Assembly (NCBI GenBank): GCA_038054875.1
Contig: JBBUJK010000029.1
Span: forward strand, 7,442 to 71,441
Source of the DNA: Patescibacteria group bacterium
GTDB taxonomy: Bacteria; Patescibacteriota; Patescibacteriia; 2-12-FULL-57-11
Length of the DNA stretch: 64,000 nucleotides
Direction: 5' to 3'
Shown: positions 48,280 through 58,834 of the stretch, piece by piece
Layout: each line of letters begins with the position of its first letter
Numbering within the stretch: the stretch's first letter is position 1
Position numbers and translations under genes: made by a program
Notes under the pieces: model-generated
Told to the model about the DNA's origin: nothing
What the model saw: only the letters and a program-made list of their open reading frames with translations
The model's database searches: none

Positions 48280-48729
48280 ATGCTTATTTTGCGCATCCTT
48301 GGTTATATCTTCGCCAGCATCGCTCTATTGGCCCTGCTGCTCTATGTGTTTTTAAATGTGCATCCGGCTGCCTGGGAGTACGCGCGGCAATTTTCCGCCG
48401 GTCGCGCGCCGGATTCACTCGTGGGCGTCTATGATGGCACGCTTCTTGCACCGCCGCTGTCGACAACCTGGAAAGGCAAAGTGTTTCGCGCCGATGGCAC
48501 GGGCGTGAACCGAATAGGGGATGCGGAACAGTATCCGTTTCATCACGAGGTGCGTAATGGCCGTCTAGTCATCGATTACACGCGCGATGCTAATCCATGG
48601 TGGCTGAAGCTGACGGAAGATCAGATTGTGGTGCAGGAGGACGGTGCGTTTCTTGGCCGCATCACGTTGCGCATTGGTGGTTGGCGCATGCCGCTCGGCT
48701 GGTTCACCATCGTCCCTGCCGCGCCCTGA
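48280..48729 (+). CDS. Hypothetical membrane-anchored protein
   Basis: N-terminal TM, WKGKVF motif, upstream TATAAT. Confidence 0.7.
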   Translation: MLILRILGYIFASIALLALLLYVFLNVHPAAWEYARQFSAGRAPDSLVGVYDGTLLAPPLSTTWKGKVFRADGTGVNRIGDAEQYPFHHEVRNGRLVIDYTRDANPWWLKLTEDQIVVQEDGAFLGRITLRIGGWRMPLGWFTIVPAAP

Positions 48730-48738
48730 GCGCATATC

Positions 48739-48769
48739 AAAAATCCTCCGCATGTGCGGAGGATTTTTT
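48739..48769. terminator. Bidirectional terminator
   Basis: AAAAATCCTCCGCA-TG-TGCGGAGGATTTTT between convergent genes. Confidence 0.8.
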
Positions 48770-48779
48770 GCGTGCAGCG

Positions 48780-48962
48780 TTAGGTCTTCTTCAATGCCTT
48801 GGCCTGGGTCTTGAGGCAGCGGGTGCAGACCCTGATGGTCTTGCCAACGAAGTGCCTCACCTGCAGGTTCACAAACCGGCGGTGCTTGGTCTTGACGTTG
48901 GAGTGGCTGCGGGTCGCGCTCATGATCGGGCCGCGGCCACAGGTGTCGCAAATACGCGCCAT
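48780..48962 (-). CDS. rpmB: 50S ribosomal protein L28
   Basis: MARICDTCGRG..RSHSNVKTKHR..VNLQ..RVCTRCLKT. Confidence 0.95.
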   Translation of the reverse strand: MARICDTCGRGPIMSATRSHSNVKTKHRRFVNLQVRHFVGKTIRVCTRCLKTQAKALKKT

Positions 48963-49021
48963 AGGAGGAGGATTGAATGCCGGCATATGCTATCATTGCG
49001 GAAACGCTTTGGCAACCCCCT

Positions 49022-49702
49022 ATGGAGACCATCATCCTGCGCGTGCCTTACTATCTGGATTTCGCGGCTCCGCTCGCCATCCTTCTCTGGTTGGCGGCGA
49101 TTGTCCTCGCGCTGTCGCTCCACGAGTTCTGCCACGCGCTCGCGGCAACGTTGCTCGGAGACCAGACGGCGCGTTTGGCCGGGCGACTTTCGCTGAATCC
49201 GCTGGTCCACGTCGACCCGCTCGGCATGGTCATGGCCGTCGTTGCCGGTTTTGGGTGGGCACGACCAGTCCCGTTCAATCCCTACAATCTTCGGGTCCAG
49301 CAGTGGGGACCGACTCTCGTTGCCGTGGCCGGACCGGTCTCGAACTTCCTTCAAGCTACCGTTGCAGGCATCGCCATTCGGTTGGCCACAGGTGCCGGGG
49401 TTCCGGAATCGAACCTGCTGATGATATTCCTCGGCTACTACTTCCTGATCAACGTCGGCCTGTTCTTCTTCAACCTCCTGCCCATTCCGCCGCTCGACGG
49501 CTCCAAGTTCCTGCTCGACCTGCTCGCCGGCCCCCAGTACGCCCGAGCCCGGTTTTTCCTTGAAACCAAGGGTCCGCTCATTCTCCTCTTGATCCTTTCC
49601 CTCCAGTATTTGATTGGAATTTCGGTCTTCGGGATCCTCTTCTCCCTGGTCTACCGGTACATCTTTTTCCCGCTATTCGGGATCGTGGTGCAGGTGCTAT
49701 AA
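49022..49702 (+). CDS. Site-2 protease (M50 family)
   Basis: HEFCH, AGPVSN, FNLLPIPPLDGS. Confidence 0.93.
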   Translation: METIILRVPYYLDFAAPLAILLWLAAIVLALSLHEFCHALAATLLGDQTARLAGRLSLNPLVHVDPLGMVMAVVAGFGWARPVPFNPYNLRVQQWGPTLVAVAGPVSNFLQATVAGIAIRLATGAGVPESNLLMIFLGYYFLINVGLFFFNLLPIPPLDGSKFLLDLLAGPQYARARFFLETKGPLILLLILSLQYLIGISVFGILFSLVYRYIFFPLFGIVVQVL

Positions 49703-49719
49703 CGTCATATATATCTTGA

Positions 49720-50064
49720 ATGCGTATGAGCTCAGAAATGCCCTCAGGTGAATATCTGATTCCCGTTGAACAGCGTCCGTACGGCGATCGCCTGGCCTCC
49801 ATCAATAAACAGCTTGAACAACGGGTGCGGGCGCATGATTTTGAGATCATAAACCTGTCGTACCGGCAGGAACTCGACAATCTTCTGCTTGCATTACAAA
49901 CGGGAAAGGAATGGGCGACAGATCGTCTGTCCGCGCTCGAGACGGCGGTGCAGGAATACGTCTCTGCAAATAACGCCCACAGAATGGATGCGTTCACGAC
50001 GCTGAAGGAGCAAATCACCGGCATTCGTACGGAGTTTCAAGGACGGGGGAAAAAGGCGGCGTAA
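49720..50064 (+). CDS. Hypothetical helical protein
   Basis: ORF fills the gap; start codon uncertain. Confidence 0.5.
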   Translation: MRMSSEMPSGEYLIPVEQRPYGDRLASINKQLEQRVRAHDFEIINLSYRQELDNLLLALQTGKEWATDRLSALETAVQEYVSANNAHRMDAFTTLKEQITGIRTEFQGRGKKAA

Positions 50065-50151
50065 GAGATGAGTGATCGTGTAGGTGTTGTAGGACTTGAC
50101 AGGGAGATGCGGTCGTGAAGGGGAGGAATTGTTCGTGTACGATAACTGCAT

Positions 50152-50598
50152 ATGGATACAGAAACACGTGACTTTTTGGAGAAGAAATTCGATGGAATCG
50201 ACAAAAAGTTCGAGGTGCTCGACAACAAATTCGACAGAATCGACCAACGGTTTGATGAAACTGACAAAAAGTTCGATCAAAAGATCGATGCTCTGGCCAA
50301 TGCCGTTGCAGAGGGTTTTTCGGCTGTTGATAAGCGGTTCGACCGTCTTGAAAACCGCGTTGGAGCTGTCGAAAACCGCGTCGGCGGCGTCGAAGGCGGT
50401 CTGGCTCGACTGGAGATCAACATGCTCACTATGCATTTCGACAAAAAAGAAACCCAGGAGCGCCTCGCCCGGCTTGAAGCGCATCATGAGCGTACTTTTA
50501 AACGTGTCGACGAGTTTTTGACAGTCGTAAATCGCCACGAGTCCGAGATCGCCGCACTCCGCGGTGGGCAACAGCGGATCGAGGAACGGCTCCCATAA
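50152..50598 (+). CDS. Heptad-repeat coiled-coil protein
   Basis: DKKFDxI and ENRVGxV heptad repeats. Confidence 0.75.
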   Translation: MDTETRDFLEKKFDGIDKKFEVLDNKFDRIDQRFDETDKKFDQKIDALANAVAEGFSAVDKRFDRLENRVGAVENRVGGVEGGLARLEINMLTMHFDKKETQERLARLEAHHERTFKRVDEFLTVVNRHESEIAALRGGQQRIEERLP

Positions 50599-50735
50599 GT
50601 GTCATCCTGAACGGCAGTGAAGGATCCTACCTGTTCATGCACGGGCTCTGACAAGACCCGGAGAGATTCTTCCCCCGCCATCGGCGGGGGCTTTTTATTG
50701 ATCGAAAGGTCATTTGTGCGTAAAGTAGCCGCATT

Positions 50736-53525
50736 ATGCCCTTGAGTTTGAATGAAATCCGGACCCGCGCCCAGCAGTTTTCCCGCGAATGGGAGGGGGA
50801 GACCCGCGAAACAGGAGAGTATCAGTCGTTTTGGAACGACTTTTTCGATGTCTTCGGCATCAAACGGCGGTCGGTCGCTTTGTACCAGAAAAAGGTGGAA
50901 ATGCTCGGGCAGCATCGCGGGTTCATTGACCTGTTCTGGCCGGGGAAGCTGCTTGTCGAACACAAGACTGCAGGTAAGGATTTGGACGCGGCCTTCACGC
51001 AGGCGTCCGATTACTTCGAGGGACTGAAGGAAGAAGAAAAACCGCGCTACGTCATCGTGACGGATTACCGCTCCATCCGGCTGTACGACCTGGAAGGCGA
51101 GAAGGGCATGACGCAGGAAGCGTTTCCGCTCAAGGACCTGCCGAAACACGTGCGGCAGTTCGCTTTCATCGCCGGATACGAGGCTCGCGTGTACAAGGAC
51201 GAAGATCCGGTCAACATTAAGGCCGTGCGCTCGGTCGCCAAGCTCTACGAGGCGCTGCGTTTTAATAACTATCCGCTCGAGGCGATCGACAAACTGCTCA
51301 CGCGGCTGGTGTTCTGCTTCTTCGCGGACGACACGGCCATCTTCAACCAGGGCGTGTTCGGCACGTATCTGGAAACGGTGAGCAAAGAGGACGGCTCCGA
51401 CATTGGCGCGCACCTCTCGACGATCTTCCAGGTGCTCAACACCCCGATCGACAAGCGGCAGACCTCCGCCGACGAGGATTTGCTCGGCCTGCCCTACGTG
51501 GATGGCGAGCTGTTCGCGGAACCGCTGCCTGCGGTGTTTGGCACGAGCGCGATCCGCAAGACGCTGCTCGACTGCGCCGCGTTTAACTGGTCATCCGTGT
51601 CGCCGGTGATCTTCGGCTCGATGTTTCAGTCCGTCATGGACGACAAGGCACGGCACGACCTGGGCGCGCACTACACCTCCGAGAAGAACATCCTCAAGGT
51701 CATCAGCGGTCTCTTTTTGGACGACCTGCACCAGGAACTCGCGGCCGCCGGCACGAACCATGCAAAGTTGAACGCGCTTTGGAACAAGATCGCGGCAATT
51801 ACTCTGCTCGACCCGGCCTGCGGCTGCGGGGACTTCCTCGTCGTCGCCTACCGCGAACTCCGGCGTCTGGAGTTTGAGATCTTGAAGCGCCTGTATCGCA
51901 AAGAAGTGGCGGCCGGACAGTCCGCTTTGCCGTTCGACGTCTCCCGCGTCTCCAAGCTTTCCGTGGAGCGAATGTATGGGATCGAGATCCTGCCGTTCCC
52001 CGCCGAAATCGCGCAACTGTCCTTGTGGCTCGTGGACCATCTCGCCAACATCGAGCTGGGCGATTACTTCGGTGCGCCGTTCGCTAAGCTGCCGCTCACG
52101 GAAGCGCCGCATATTGTGAAGGGCAACGCCCTGCGCATCGATTGGGAATCCGTCGTGCCGAAGAACAAGCTTTCGTACATTCTTGGCAATCCGCCATTTC
52201 TTGGTAAGAAAGAACAGTCGAAAGAGCAAAAGGAAGACATGGAGTCGGTGTGGGGAGACGAAAAGGGAGCTGGCGTGCTCGATTACGTGAGTTGTTGGTA
52301 CAAAAAGGCAGCCGTTTTAATTTACGGAACACGTATCGCGGTCGCATTTGTTTCTACGAACAGCATCACGCAGGGCGAACAGGTTGGAATACTTTGGCCG
52401 TGGCTGCTGGCGCGCGGAGTCAAGATTCATTTCGCACATCGCACTTTCCGATGGAGTAATGAAGCTGCGGGGAAGGCCGCAGTGCATTGCATAATTGTTG
52501 GTTTTGGTGAGTTTGATGTGCCGCGAAAGCAACTGTTTGATTATGCGGATATCAGTGGAGAGCCGCATCGCAGTGAAGCGTTGAATATCAATCCCTACCT
52601 GGTTGACGCGCCGGATGTCGTGGTGCAGTCGAACAGAAAACCATTGAGATCAGATGTACCCCAGGCGTCTTACGGGAGCTTCGCACTCGACGATAGCATT
52701 TACACTTTTTCTGAAAACGAGCGAGACACGCTTATCGCGCAATGTCCAAAAGCCGCGAGATTCTTGCGTGATTTTATTGGCGGGCAGGAATTGATTCACA
52801 ACGAAAAACGTTATTGTTTGTGGCTTGCTGATGCGAATCCTGAAGAAATCGGAGAATGCCCTGAAGTCGCTCGGAGAGTAGACGCTGTGCGGCAGTGGCG
52901 TTTGTTAAGCAATCGGGAGACGACGAAGAAGTTGGCTCAAACGCCGTACTTGTTTGCGGAGATCAGACAGCCAGAAACTGATTACATCGCATTCCCGACG
53001 GTTTCTTCGGAGAACCGAAGTTATATTCCCATCGCGATACTTAACGCGTCAGTGATCGCATCCAATCAAGTGTATGTGATACCGACGGCAGATAAGTACG
53101 TATTCGGTATCCTTACCTCGACGATGCACAATACGTGGATACGGGCAGTGTGTGGGCGACTTGAAAGTCGTTATCGCTATTCAATAGCGATCGTATACAA
53201 CAACTTTCCGTGGCCTGAGGAACCGACGGCTGCGCAGAAGAAGGTCGTTGAAAGCGCGGCGCAGGGAGTGCTGGATGCGCGGGCGCAATTTGCAACCGCC
53301 ACCCTTGCCGATCTCTACAATCCCGAGACCATGCCCAAGGTACTGTTGGACGCGCATCACGCGCTCGATCGCGCCGTGGACAAGTGCTACGGCAAACGGA
53401 CGTTCGCGAACGAGCCGGAGCGGCTGGAGTTTTTGTTTGGGCTGTACAAGGAATACACGGAAAAGCAGACGGTGCTGGAGCATTTGGTGGTGAAGAAGGG
53501 GGAGGGGAGGAAGCGGGCAAAGTAA
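50736..53525 (+). CDS. MmeI-family (type IIL) fused restriction endonuclease-methyltransferase
   Basis: GFIDLFWPGKLLVEHK, GAHYTSEKNI, DPACGCGDF, GNPPF, YNNFPWP, TLADLY. Confidence 0.9.
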   Translation: MPLSLNEIRTRAQQFSREWEGETRETGEYQSFWNDFFDVFGIKRRSVALYQKKVEMLGQHRGFIDLFWPGKLLVEHKTAGKDLDAAFTQASDYFEGLKEEEKPRYVIVTDYRSIRLYDLEGEKGMTQEAFPLKDLPKHVRQFAFIAGYEARVYKDEDPVNIKAVRSVAKLYEALRFNNYPLEAIDKLLTRLVFCFFADDTAIFNQGVFGTYLETVSKEDGSDIGAHLSTIFQVLNTPIDKRQTSADEDLLGLPYVDGELFAEPLPAVFGTSAIRKTLLDCAAFNWSSVSPVIFGSMFQSVMDDKARHDLGAHYTSEKNILKVISGLFLDDLHQELAAAGTNHAKLNALWNKIAAITLLDPACGCGDFLVVAYRELRRLEFEILKRLYRKEVAAGQSALPFDVSRVSKLSVERMYGIEILPFPAEIAQLSLWLVDHLANIELGDYFGAPFAKLPLTEAPHIVKGNALRIDWESVVPKNKLSYILGNPPFLGKKEQSKEQKEDMESVWGDEKGAGVLDYVSCWYKKAAVLIYGTRIAVAFVSTNSITQGEQVGILWPWLLARGVKIHFAHRTFRWSNEAAGKAAVHCIIVGFGEFDVPRKQLFDYADISGEPHRSEALNINPYLVDAPDVVVQSNRKPLRSDVPQASYGSFALDDSIYTFSENERDTLIAQCPKAARFLRDFIGGQELIHNEKRYCLWLADANPEEIGECPEVARRVDAVRQWRLLSNRETTKKLAQTPYLFAEIRQPETDYIAFPTVSSENRSYIPIAILNASVIASNQVYVIPTADKYVFGILTSTMHNTWIRAVCGRLESRYRYSIAIVYNNFPWPEEPTAAQKKVVESAAQGVLDARAQFATATLADLYNPETMPKVLLDAHHALDRAVDKCYGKRTFANEPERLEFLFGLYKEYTEKQTVLEHLVVKKGEGRKRAK

Positions 53526-53544
53526 TGCACGTTTTTAGCTGAAT

Positions 53545-54675
53545 ATGGCAACGTTAAAAAATGATAATAGAATGGCTTGGGTCAGAAATGTAGAGAAACT
53601 TTCTGCATCACGGGACGGGGCCAACTATTACGAATATGAATTTGCCAGTGAATGTCGTATTCCAGGAGTGTTGGACTATGAGGAAGGAAAAATAACTTGT
53701 GGAGGTCTTTCTTTTGAAAAGGATAACAACGGTCTCTATCATTATTTGTTACGCGTTCAGTATCCAAAATTTGAGGGCGGTTGGAATGAGGCGGCTGATA
53801 AGAGGGGATATTGTTTCAAGCAGGGCGTAATCGGTGAAATTCTCTCTTTACTTTCGCTTTACTTCCAATGCAGGTTCTATCTTGTTGCAACTTACTTCGG
53901 AGAACTAACAAAAAAGAGCCTAAAGATAAAAACGGAAAATGATTTTCTATATCGAAAAGTGAATAAGGAACTTCATCCTAAGATTTTTAGTACGAGTGAA
54001 CGAAACTTTGCAAAGGGGTTACCCAATTTTTTTAATCTGGCAAGAAAGTTAGATTCAAAGAAACATCAAAATTTCATTCTTTCTTGCTACCACTACGCTC
54101 GATCACTCAAAGAGGTTGGCATCGACAGTGAGATGGTGTTCATTCGTCTTGTGTCGGCCATTGAGACGTTGTCGAAGAACCATAAGTTGAATAAGCGAGA
54201 CAACCCCTTGGATGGTGAAAAGTTTTCTGAGTTATTTGCTGCTGCTTCCCTATCAATGAAACAACGTAAACAATTAATGGAAATCTTAAAAGTGACCAAA
54301 CAACAAAAGATTCAAATACAAAAATCGAAGCAAAGGTTTATCGGATTCGTTAACTATTTTTCCAGAGGTTGTTTGACGGGCGGGAATTGGAAAGCTAAAC
54401 ATACAAAAATTAAGAGAAAGAACTTTTCAAACGTTTTAGCCGCCATTTACGACGGACGTTCAAGTTATTTGCATGCCGGTGAGCCGATGTACCTCAGTCA
54501 ATTTTTGCATGGCGCTCGTAAATGGGATACCGATCCGTCTTCGGGAATGATTATTGATAATCGTAAGTTCTCGTCCTCACAAAAATTGCCTTATACATAT
54601 TGGTTTGAGAATGTTGTGAGACACTGCTTGTTGAAGTATTTAAAGAGCCAAGATGATCTGAGGTCGGGGGGTTAG
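53545..54675 (+). CDS. AT-rich HEPN-domain (ApeA-like) protein
   Basis: FIRLVSAIETL helix plus YDGRSSYLHAG (Rx4H). Confidence 0.7.
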   Translation: MATLKNDNRMAWVRNVEKLSASRDGANYYEYEFASECRIPGVLDYEEGKITCGGLSFEKDNNGLYHYLLRVQYPKFEGGWNEAADKRGYCFKQGVIGEILSLLSLYFQCRFYLVATYFGELTKKSLKIKTENDFLYRKVNKELHPKIFSTSERNFAKGLPNFFNLARKLDSKKHQNFILSCYHYARSLKEVGIDSEMVFIRLVSAIETLSKNHKLNKRDNPLDGEKFSELFAAASLSMKQRKQLMEILKVTKQQKIQIQKSKQRFIGFVNYFSRGCLTGGNWKAKHTKIKRKNFSNVLAAIYDGRSSYLHAGEPMYLSQFLHGARKWDTDPSSGMIIDNRKFSSSQKLPYTYWFENVVRHCLLKYLKSQDDLRSGG

Positions 54676-54866
54676 GTCTTGAAAAATCAGTTTTGCACCT
54701 TTGAAATCTTATAATTCAAGACCTGACAGTGTGCCGTCATTGTTTATCGTCCAGGATGTGGTATTCTCGCATGGATATGCATAGCCGCTTCAGGAGAATA
54801 TAACCCGCGAGAACGTCTTCATTGGGCAGGCGGTCTTTGCGGGTTTTTGATTTGTTCATTTCTCCT

Positions 54867-54943
54867 GCCCTCGTTGGCTAACGGATAGGCCAACCCTCCT
54901 CTAAAGGGTCAGTGTCTGGGTTCAAATCCCGGCGAGGGCACCA
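54867..54943 (+). tRNA. tRNA-Arg (TCT), atypical C33
   Basis: GCCCTCG/CGAGGGC; ACCCT-CC TCT AA-AGGGT; CCA. Confidence 0.85.
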
Positions 54944-54944
54944 T

Positions 54945-55020
54945 GCCCGCGTAGGCTAACTGGATAAACTGCCGCGCTCCTAAGGCGGAGTTCGAGGTTC
55001 GAATCCTCGCGCGGGCACCA
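54945..55020 (+). tRNA. tRNA-Arg (CCT)
   Basis: GCCCGCG/CGCGGGC; CCGCG-CT CCT AA-GGCGG with a G31.G39 mismatch; CCA. Confidence 0.88.
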
Positions 55021-55021
55021 T

Positions 55022-55096
55022 GCTCCCATCGTCTAACGGTTAGGATGTCTGTCTTATATGCAGAAGGTCAGGGTTCGATTCCCTGTGGGAGTACCA
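55022..55096 (+). tRNA. tRNA with TAT anticodon (Ile, AUA)
   Basis: GCTCCCA/TGGGAGT; TCTGT-CT TAT AT-GCAGA; GGTTCGA; A73-CCA. Confidence 0.8.
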
Positions 55097-55401
55097 TGCA
55101 CGTCGTAGAGTCCGGTCTTGAAGGATCACTGATAAGCACTTGAAGGATGCTTCGCTCCGCTCAGCATGACATGCGGGGCAGGCGGACACGCGCGGCGTGA
55201 ACATTTGCTCTGACCGGATACGCCAGATGTGAGCTCGCTGTGTTTTATTGAGGTTTTTATACTCCGAGACTGCCCAGATCCCCCTGTTGACCGCATTTTC
55301 GGCTCATGATACGTTAGGCCGGCATTCGGATGACTCTCTGGGGTTAAGGCTGACCTTCGGGGGAAAATCCACGGTTCGATCAGTCTTTTTTATTACCTGC
55401 G

Positions 55402-55830
55402 ATGCCGACCATCAACCAACTCATCCGCCACGGACGCCGTCCCAACAGCCGCAAGACAAAGTCTCCGGCCCTGCAGAGCGTGCTCGACACCATTCATCGC
55501 AAGCGCACGGACTTGCCGATGGGTTCGCCGTTTAAGCGCGGCGTCTGCGTCAAGGTCACCACCATGACCCCGAAGAAGCCGAACTCGGCGCTCCGCAAAA
55601 TCGCCCGCGTCCGCCTTTCAAACGGCATGGAAGTCACCGCCTACATTCCGGGTGAAGGCCACAACCTCCAGGAACACTCCATCGTCATGATCCGCGGAGG
55701 ACGCGTGAAAGATCTTCCGGGCGTGCGCTACCACATCGTTCGCGGTGTCTACGACACCCAGGGTGTGGAAGGTCGCCGCCGCAGCCGCTCGCTCTATGGC
55801 GCCAAGCGGCCGAAAGCCAAGTCTTCTTAA
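55402..55830 (+). CDS. rpsL: 30S ribosomal protein S12
   Basis: [27 protein letters not shown]. Confidence 0.99.
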   Translation: MPTINQLIRHGRRPNSRKTKSPALQSVLDTIHRKRTDLPMGSPFKRGVCVKVTTMTPKKPNSALRKIARVRLSNGMEVTAYIPGEGHNLQEHSIVMIRGGRVKDLPGVRYHIVRGVYDTQGVEGRRRSRSLYGAKRPKAKSS

Positions 55831-55833
55831 CCT

Positions 55834-56301
55834 ATGCGTGGCAAACAAGCACCAAAACGGGTCATTGCGCCGGACAGCAAGTACGGTTCGGTGGTCATCG
55901 CCAAGCTCGTCAACAGCATCATGAAATCCGGCAAAAAGACGACTGCGCAGAAGGTCGTCTACACCGCGCTCGACATTGTTGCCGAACAGAGCAAAGACGA
56001 TCCGGCGAACGTTTTTGACGCTGCCATGCGCAACGTCACCCCGCAGATTGAGGTGATCAGCCGCCGCGTCGGCGGGGCCAACTACCAGATTCCGATTCCG
56101 GTCCGCGGCGAGCGCCGCACGGCGCTGGCTTTCCGTTGGCTGATTGCCGCGGCCAACTCCCGCAAGGGCAAGCCGATGTCCGAGAAGCTTGCGTCCGAGA
56201 TTCTTGAAGCCGCCAAGGGCGAGGGAAGCGCCGTGAAAAAGCGCATGGATGTGCAGCGCATGGCCGAGGCCAACCGCGCCTTTGCTCACTTCGCGCGCTA
56301 A
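55834..56301 (+). CDS. rpsG: 30S ribosomal protein S7
   Basis: RRVGGANYQIP, MAEANRAFAHF. Confidence 0.98.
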   Translation: MRGKQAPKRVIAPDSKYGSVVIAKLVNSIMKSGKKTTAQKVVYTALDIVAEQSKDDPANVFDAAMRNVTPQIEVISRRVGGANYQIPIPVRGERRTALAFRWLIAAANSRKGKPMSEKLASEILEAAKGEGSAVKKRMDVQRMAEANRAFAHFAR

Positions 56302-56307
56302 ACGCGT

Positions 56308-58407
56308 ATGCCGCGCGCCTACTCGCTCGAAAAGACCCGCAATTTCGGCATTATCGCCCACATCGACGCCGGCAAGACTACGGTCTCCGAGCGCGTGCTT
56401 TTTTATACCGGCAAGAAGCACAAAATCGGTGAAGTGCACGAAGGCGAAGCCACCATGGACTGGATGGAACAGGAGCAAGAGCGCGGCATCACCATCACTG
56501 CCGCGGCCACGAGTTGCTTTTGGAAGGGCCATCAGATGAACCTGATCGACACGCCAGGGCACATCGACTTCACGGTCGAAGTGAAACGTTCCTTGCGCGT
56601 CCTCGACGGCGCCTGCGTCATTTTCGACGGCGTCGCCGGCGTGGAGCCGCAATCGGAAACGAACTGGCGCTACGCCGACGAGTACAAAGTGCCGCGCCTC
56701 TGCTTCATCAACAAACTCGATCGCACCGGGGCTGATTTTTACGCCGACCTCGCAAGCATCCACAATCGGCTCACGAAGAACGCCTACGCCGTGCAGTTGC
56801 CGATCGGCATCGAAGACAACTTTAAGGGCGTCGTCGACCTTTTGACCCGCAAGGCCCACATCTTCATGGACGATTTGGGTCAGGATGTTCAGATCGGGGA
56901 TGTTCCGGCGGACATGAAGGATAAAGTTGAGGAATACCGCGCAAAACTGATTGAAAAGATCGTTGAAATCGACGAAGCATCCACGACCGCCTACCTCGCC
57001 GGCCAGGAGGTTCCGCTTGAAAAGCTAAAGGAATTGATGCGCAAGCAGACCATCGCCTTCGAGATTGTTCCGGTCCTCTGTGGCAGCGCGCTCAAAAACA
57101 AGGGCGTGCAGCTCATGTTGGATGCCATCGTCGAATACCTACCGAGCCCCTTGGATGTGCCGCCGATCAAAGGAACCGATCCGGAAGATCATGAAAAAAT
57201 TCTGGAACGCCATGCGTCGGACGAAGAACCCTTTACGGCCCTGGCTTTCAAAGTCGCGGCCGATCCATTCGTCGGCAAATTGTGCTTCTTTCGCGTGTAT
57301 TCCGGCACGCTGACGTCCGGCTCCTACGTCTTGAACACAACCACGGGCGAGCGCGAGCGCGTCAGCCGCATCGTGCGGCTTCATGCGAACTCCCGCGAGG
57401 ACGTGGACATGGTCTACGCCGGCGACATCGCCGCGGCGGTCGGTCTCAAGGACACCTTCACCGGCCATACGCTTTCCGACGAAAAGCATCCGATCCTTCT
57501 GGAGCGCATTACCTTTCCGGAACCGGTCATCCAGCTCGCCATCGAGCCTAAGACCAAGGCTGACCAGGAAAAAATGGGTGTCGCGTTGCAGAAGCTGGCC
57601 GAAGAAGATCCGACCTTCCGCGTGCACACCGACGAAAACACGCTCCAGACCATTATTGCGGGCATGGGTGAATTGCACCTCGACATCATCGTCGACCGCA
57701 TGAAGCGCGAGTTTAAAGTCGAAGCCAACGTCGGCACGCCGCAGGTTTCCTACAAAGAAGCCATCACCAAGGCTGCGGAAGGCGAAGGCCGGTACATCCG
57801 CCAGACCGGCGGCCACGGCCAGTACGGCCACTGCTGGGTTCGTGTTGAACCGCGCACCCGCGGCGCAGGTTGGGAATTCGAGGACGAAACAAAGGGCGGC
57901 GTCATTCCCAAGGAATTCATCAGCCCGATTGAAAAGGGCGCCAAAGAAGCATCGCAGCGCGGGGTGACTGCAGGTTATCCGGTGATCGACGTCCTGTGCG
58001 CCGTCTTTGACGGTTCCTACCACGATGTTGACTCGTCCGAAGCGGCCTTTAAGTTGGCGGGCAGTTTTGCCTTCCAGGAAGCCGTGAAAAAGGCAGGCCC
58101 GATTTTGCTCGAACCGGTCTTCAATGTCGAAGTCATCACGCCGGAGAACTTCATGGGTGAAGTGATCGGCGATCTGAACTCCAAGCGCGGCCAGATCCTG
58201 GAAATGACCGATCGCGCGGGTGGCATTAAGGTCATCAAGGCGACGGTTCCTTTGGCGGAACTGTTCGGCTACGCCACGCAGCTGCGTTCGATGTCGCAGG
58301 GCCGTGCCAGCTACTCCATGGAGTTCGCGAGCTATGAGCCGATTCCGCCGAACGTCGCGCAAACCATCATCGCGGGCCGCGCAGCCACGGCGAGCGCACG
58401 TCGCTAA
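56308..58407 (+). CDS. fusA: Elongation factor G
   Basis: [38 protein letters not shown]. Confidence 0.99.
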   Translation: MPRAYSLEKTRNFGIIAHIDAGKTTVSERVLFYTGKKHKIGEVHEGEATMDWMEQEQERGITITAAATSCFWKGHQMNLIDTPGHIDFTVEVKRSLRVLDGACVIFDGVAGVEPQSETNWRYADEYKVPRLCFINKLDRTGADFYADLASIHNRLTKNAYAVQLPIGIEDNFKGVVDLLTRKAHIFMDDLGQDVQIGDVPADMKDKVEEYRAKLIEKIVEIDEASTTAYLAGQEVPLEKLKELMRKQTIAFEIVPVLCGSALKNKGVQLMLDAIVEYLPSPLDVPPIKGTDPEDHEKILERHASDEEPFTALAFKVAADPFVGKLCFFRVYSGTLTSGSYVLNTTTGERERVSRIVRLHANSREDVDMVYAGDIAAAVGLKDTFTGHTLSDEKHPILLERITFPEPVIQLAIEPKTKADQEKMGVALQKLAEEDPTFRVHTDENTLQTIIAGMGELHLDIIVDRMKREFKVEANVGTPQVSYKEAITKAAEGEGRYIRQTGGHGQYGHCWVRVEPRTRGAGWEFEDETKGGVIPKEFISPIEKGAKEASQRGVTAGYPVIDVLCAVFDGSYHDVDSSEAAFKLAGSFAFQEAVKKAGPILLEPVFNVEVITPENFMGEVIGDLNSKRGQILEMTDRAGGIKVIKATVPLAELFGYATQLRSMSQGRASYSMEFASYEPIPPNVAQTIIAGRAATASARR

Positions 58408-58416
58408 GCGTCCACT

Positions 58417-58713
58417 ATGCGCAGTGACCTCCTCGAACGGTTGATGAAGATCTCGGCGCGGACGGGGGAGCGTCACGTGCTCGTCGATGCGAGCCTTCCC
58501 GAGCCCGTCGTCGTGATGCCGCTTGCGGCCTACGAAGAGCTCGTCACGGGCAGGTCCGCGGTCCAGACGCCGGTCGATGTCCCGATGGCTCCCATGGAAC
58601 CGTTGGAAACATGGCAGGAGGAACCGGCCGCCTCAGCAATGTCGGATGTCGTTCCCGAAGTCAAAGAATCGCTCAACGAAGAGGAAAAATTCTACTTAGA
58701 GCCCATCGACTGA
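58417..58713 (+). CDS. Hypothetical acidic protein between fusA and tuf
   Basis: CTATG start 9 nt after fusA; PVVVMPLAAYEEL; ends EKFYLEPID. Confidence 0.7.
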   Translation: MRSDLLERLMKISARTGERHVLVDASLPEPVVVMPLAAYEELVTGRSAVQTPVDVPMAPMEPLETWQEEPAASAMSDVVPEVKESLNEEEKFYLEPID

Positions 58714-58834
58714 CACTCTTGACAGGTGACTCTTGCATCCCTTTGGATGCCGTGCTATATTCTCAACGCATTTTTGGCTTAAACCATCCGTAATTAGCCG
58801 CCCGCCACCGGGGTGGCGTCTCTCACGGAAATCT

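Noticed and set aside
50170-50400. 21-bp periodicity
   Set aside because: Coding heptads of a coiled-coil protein.
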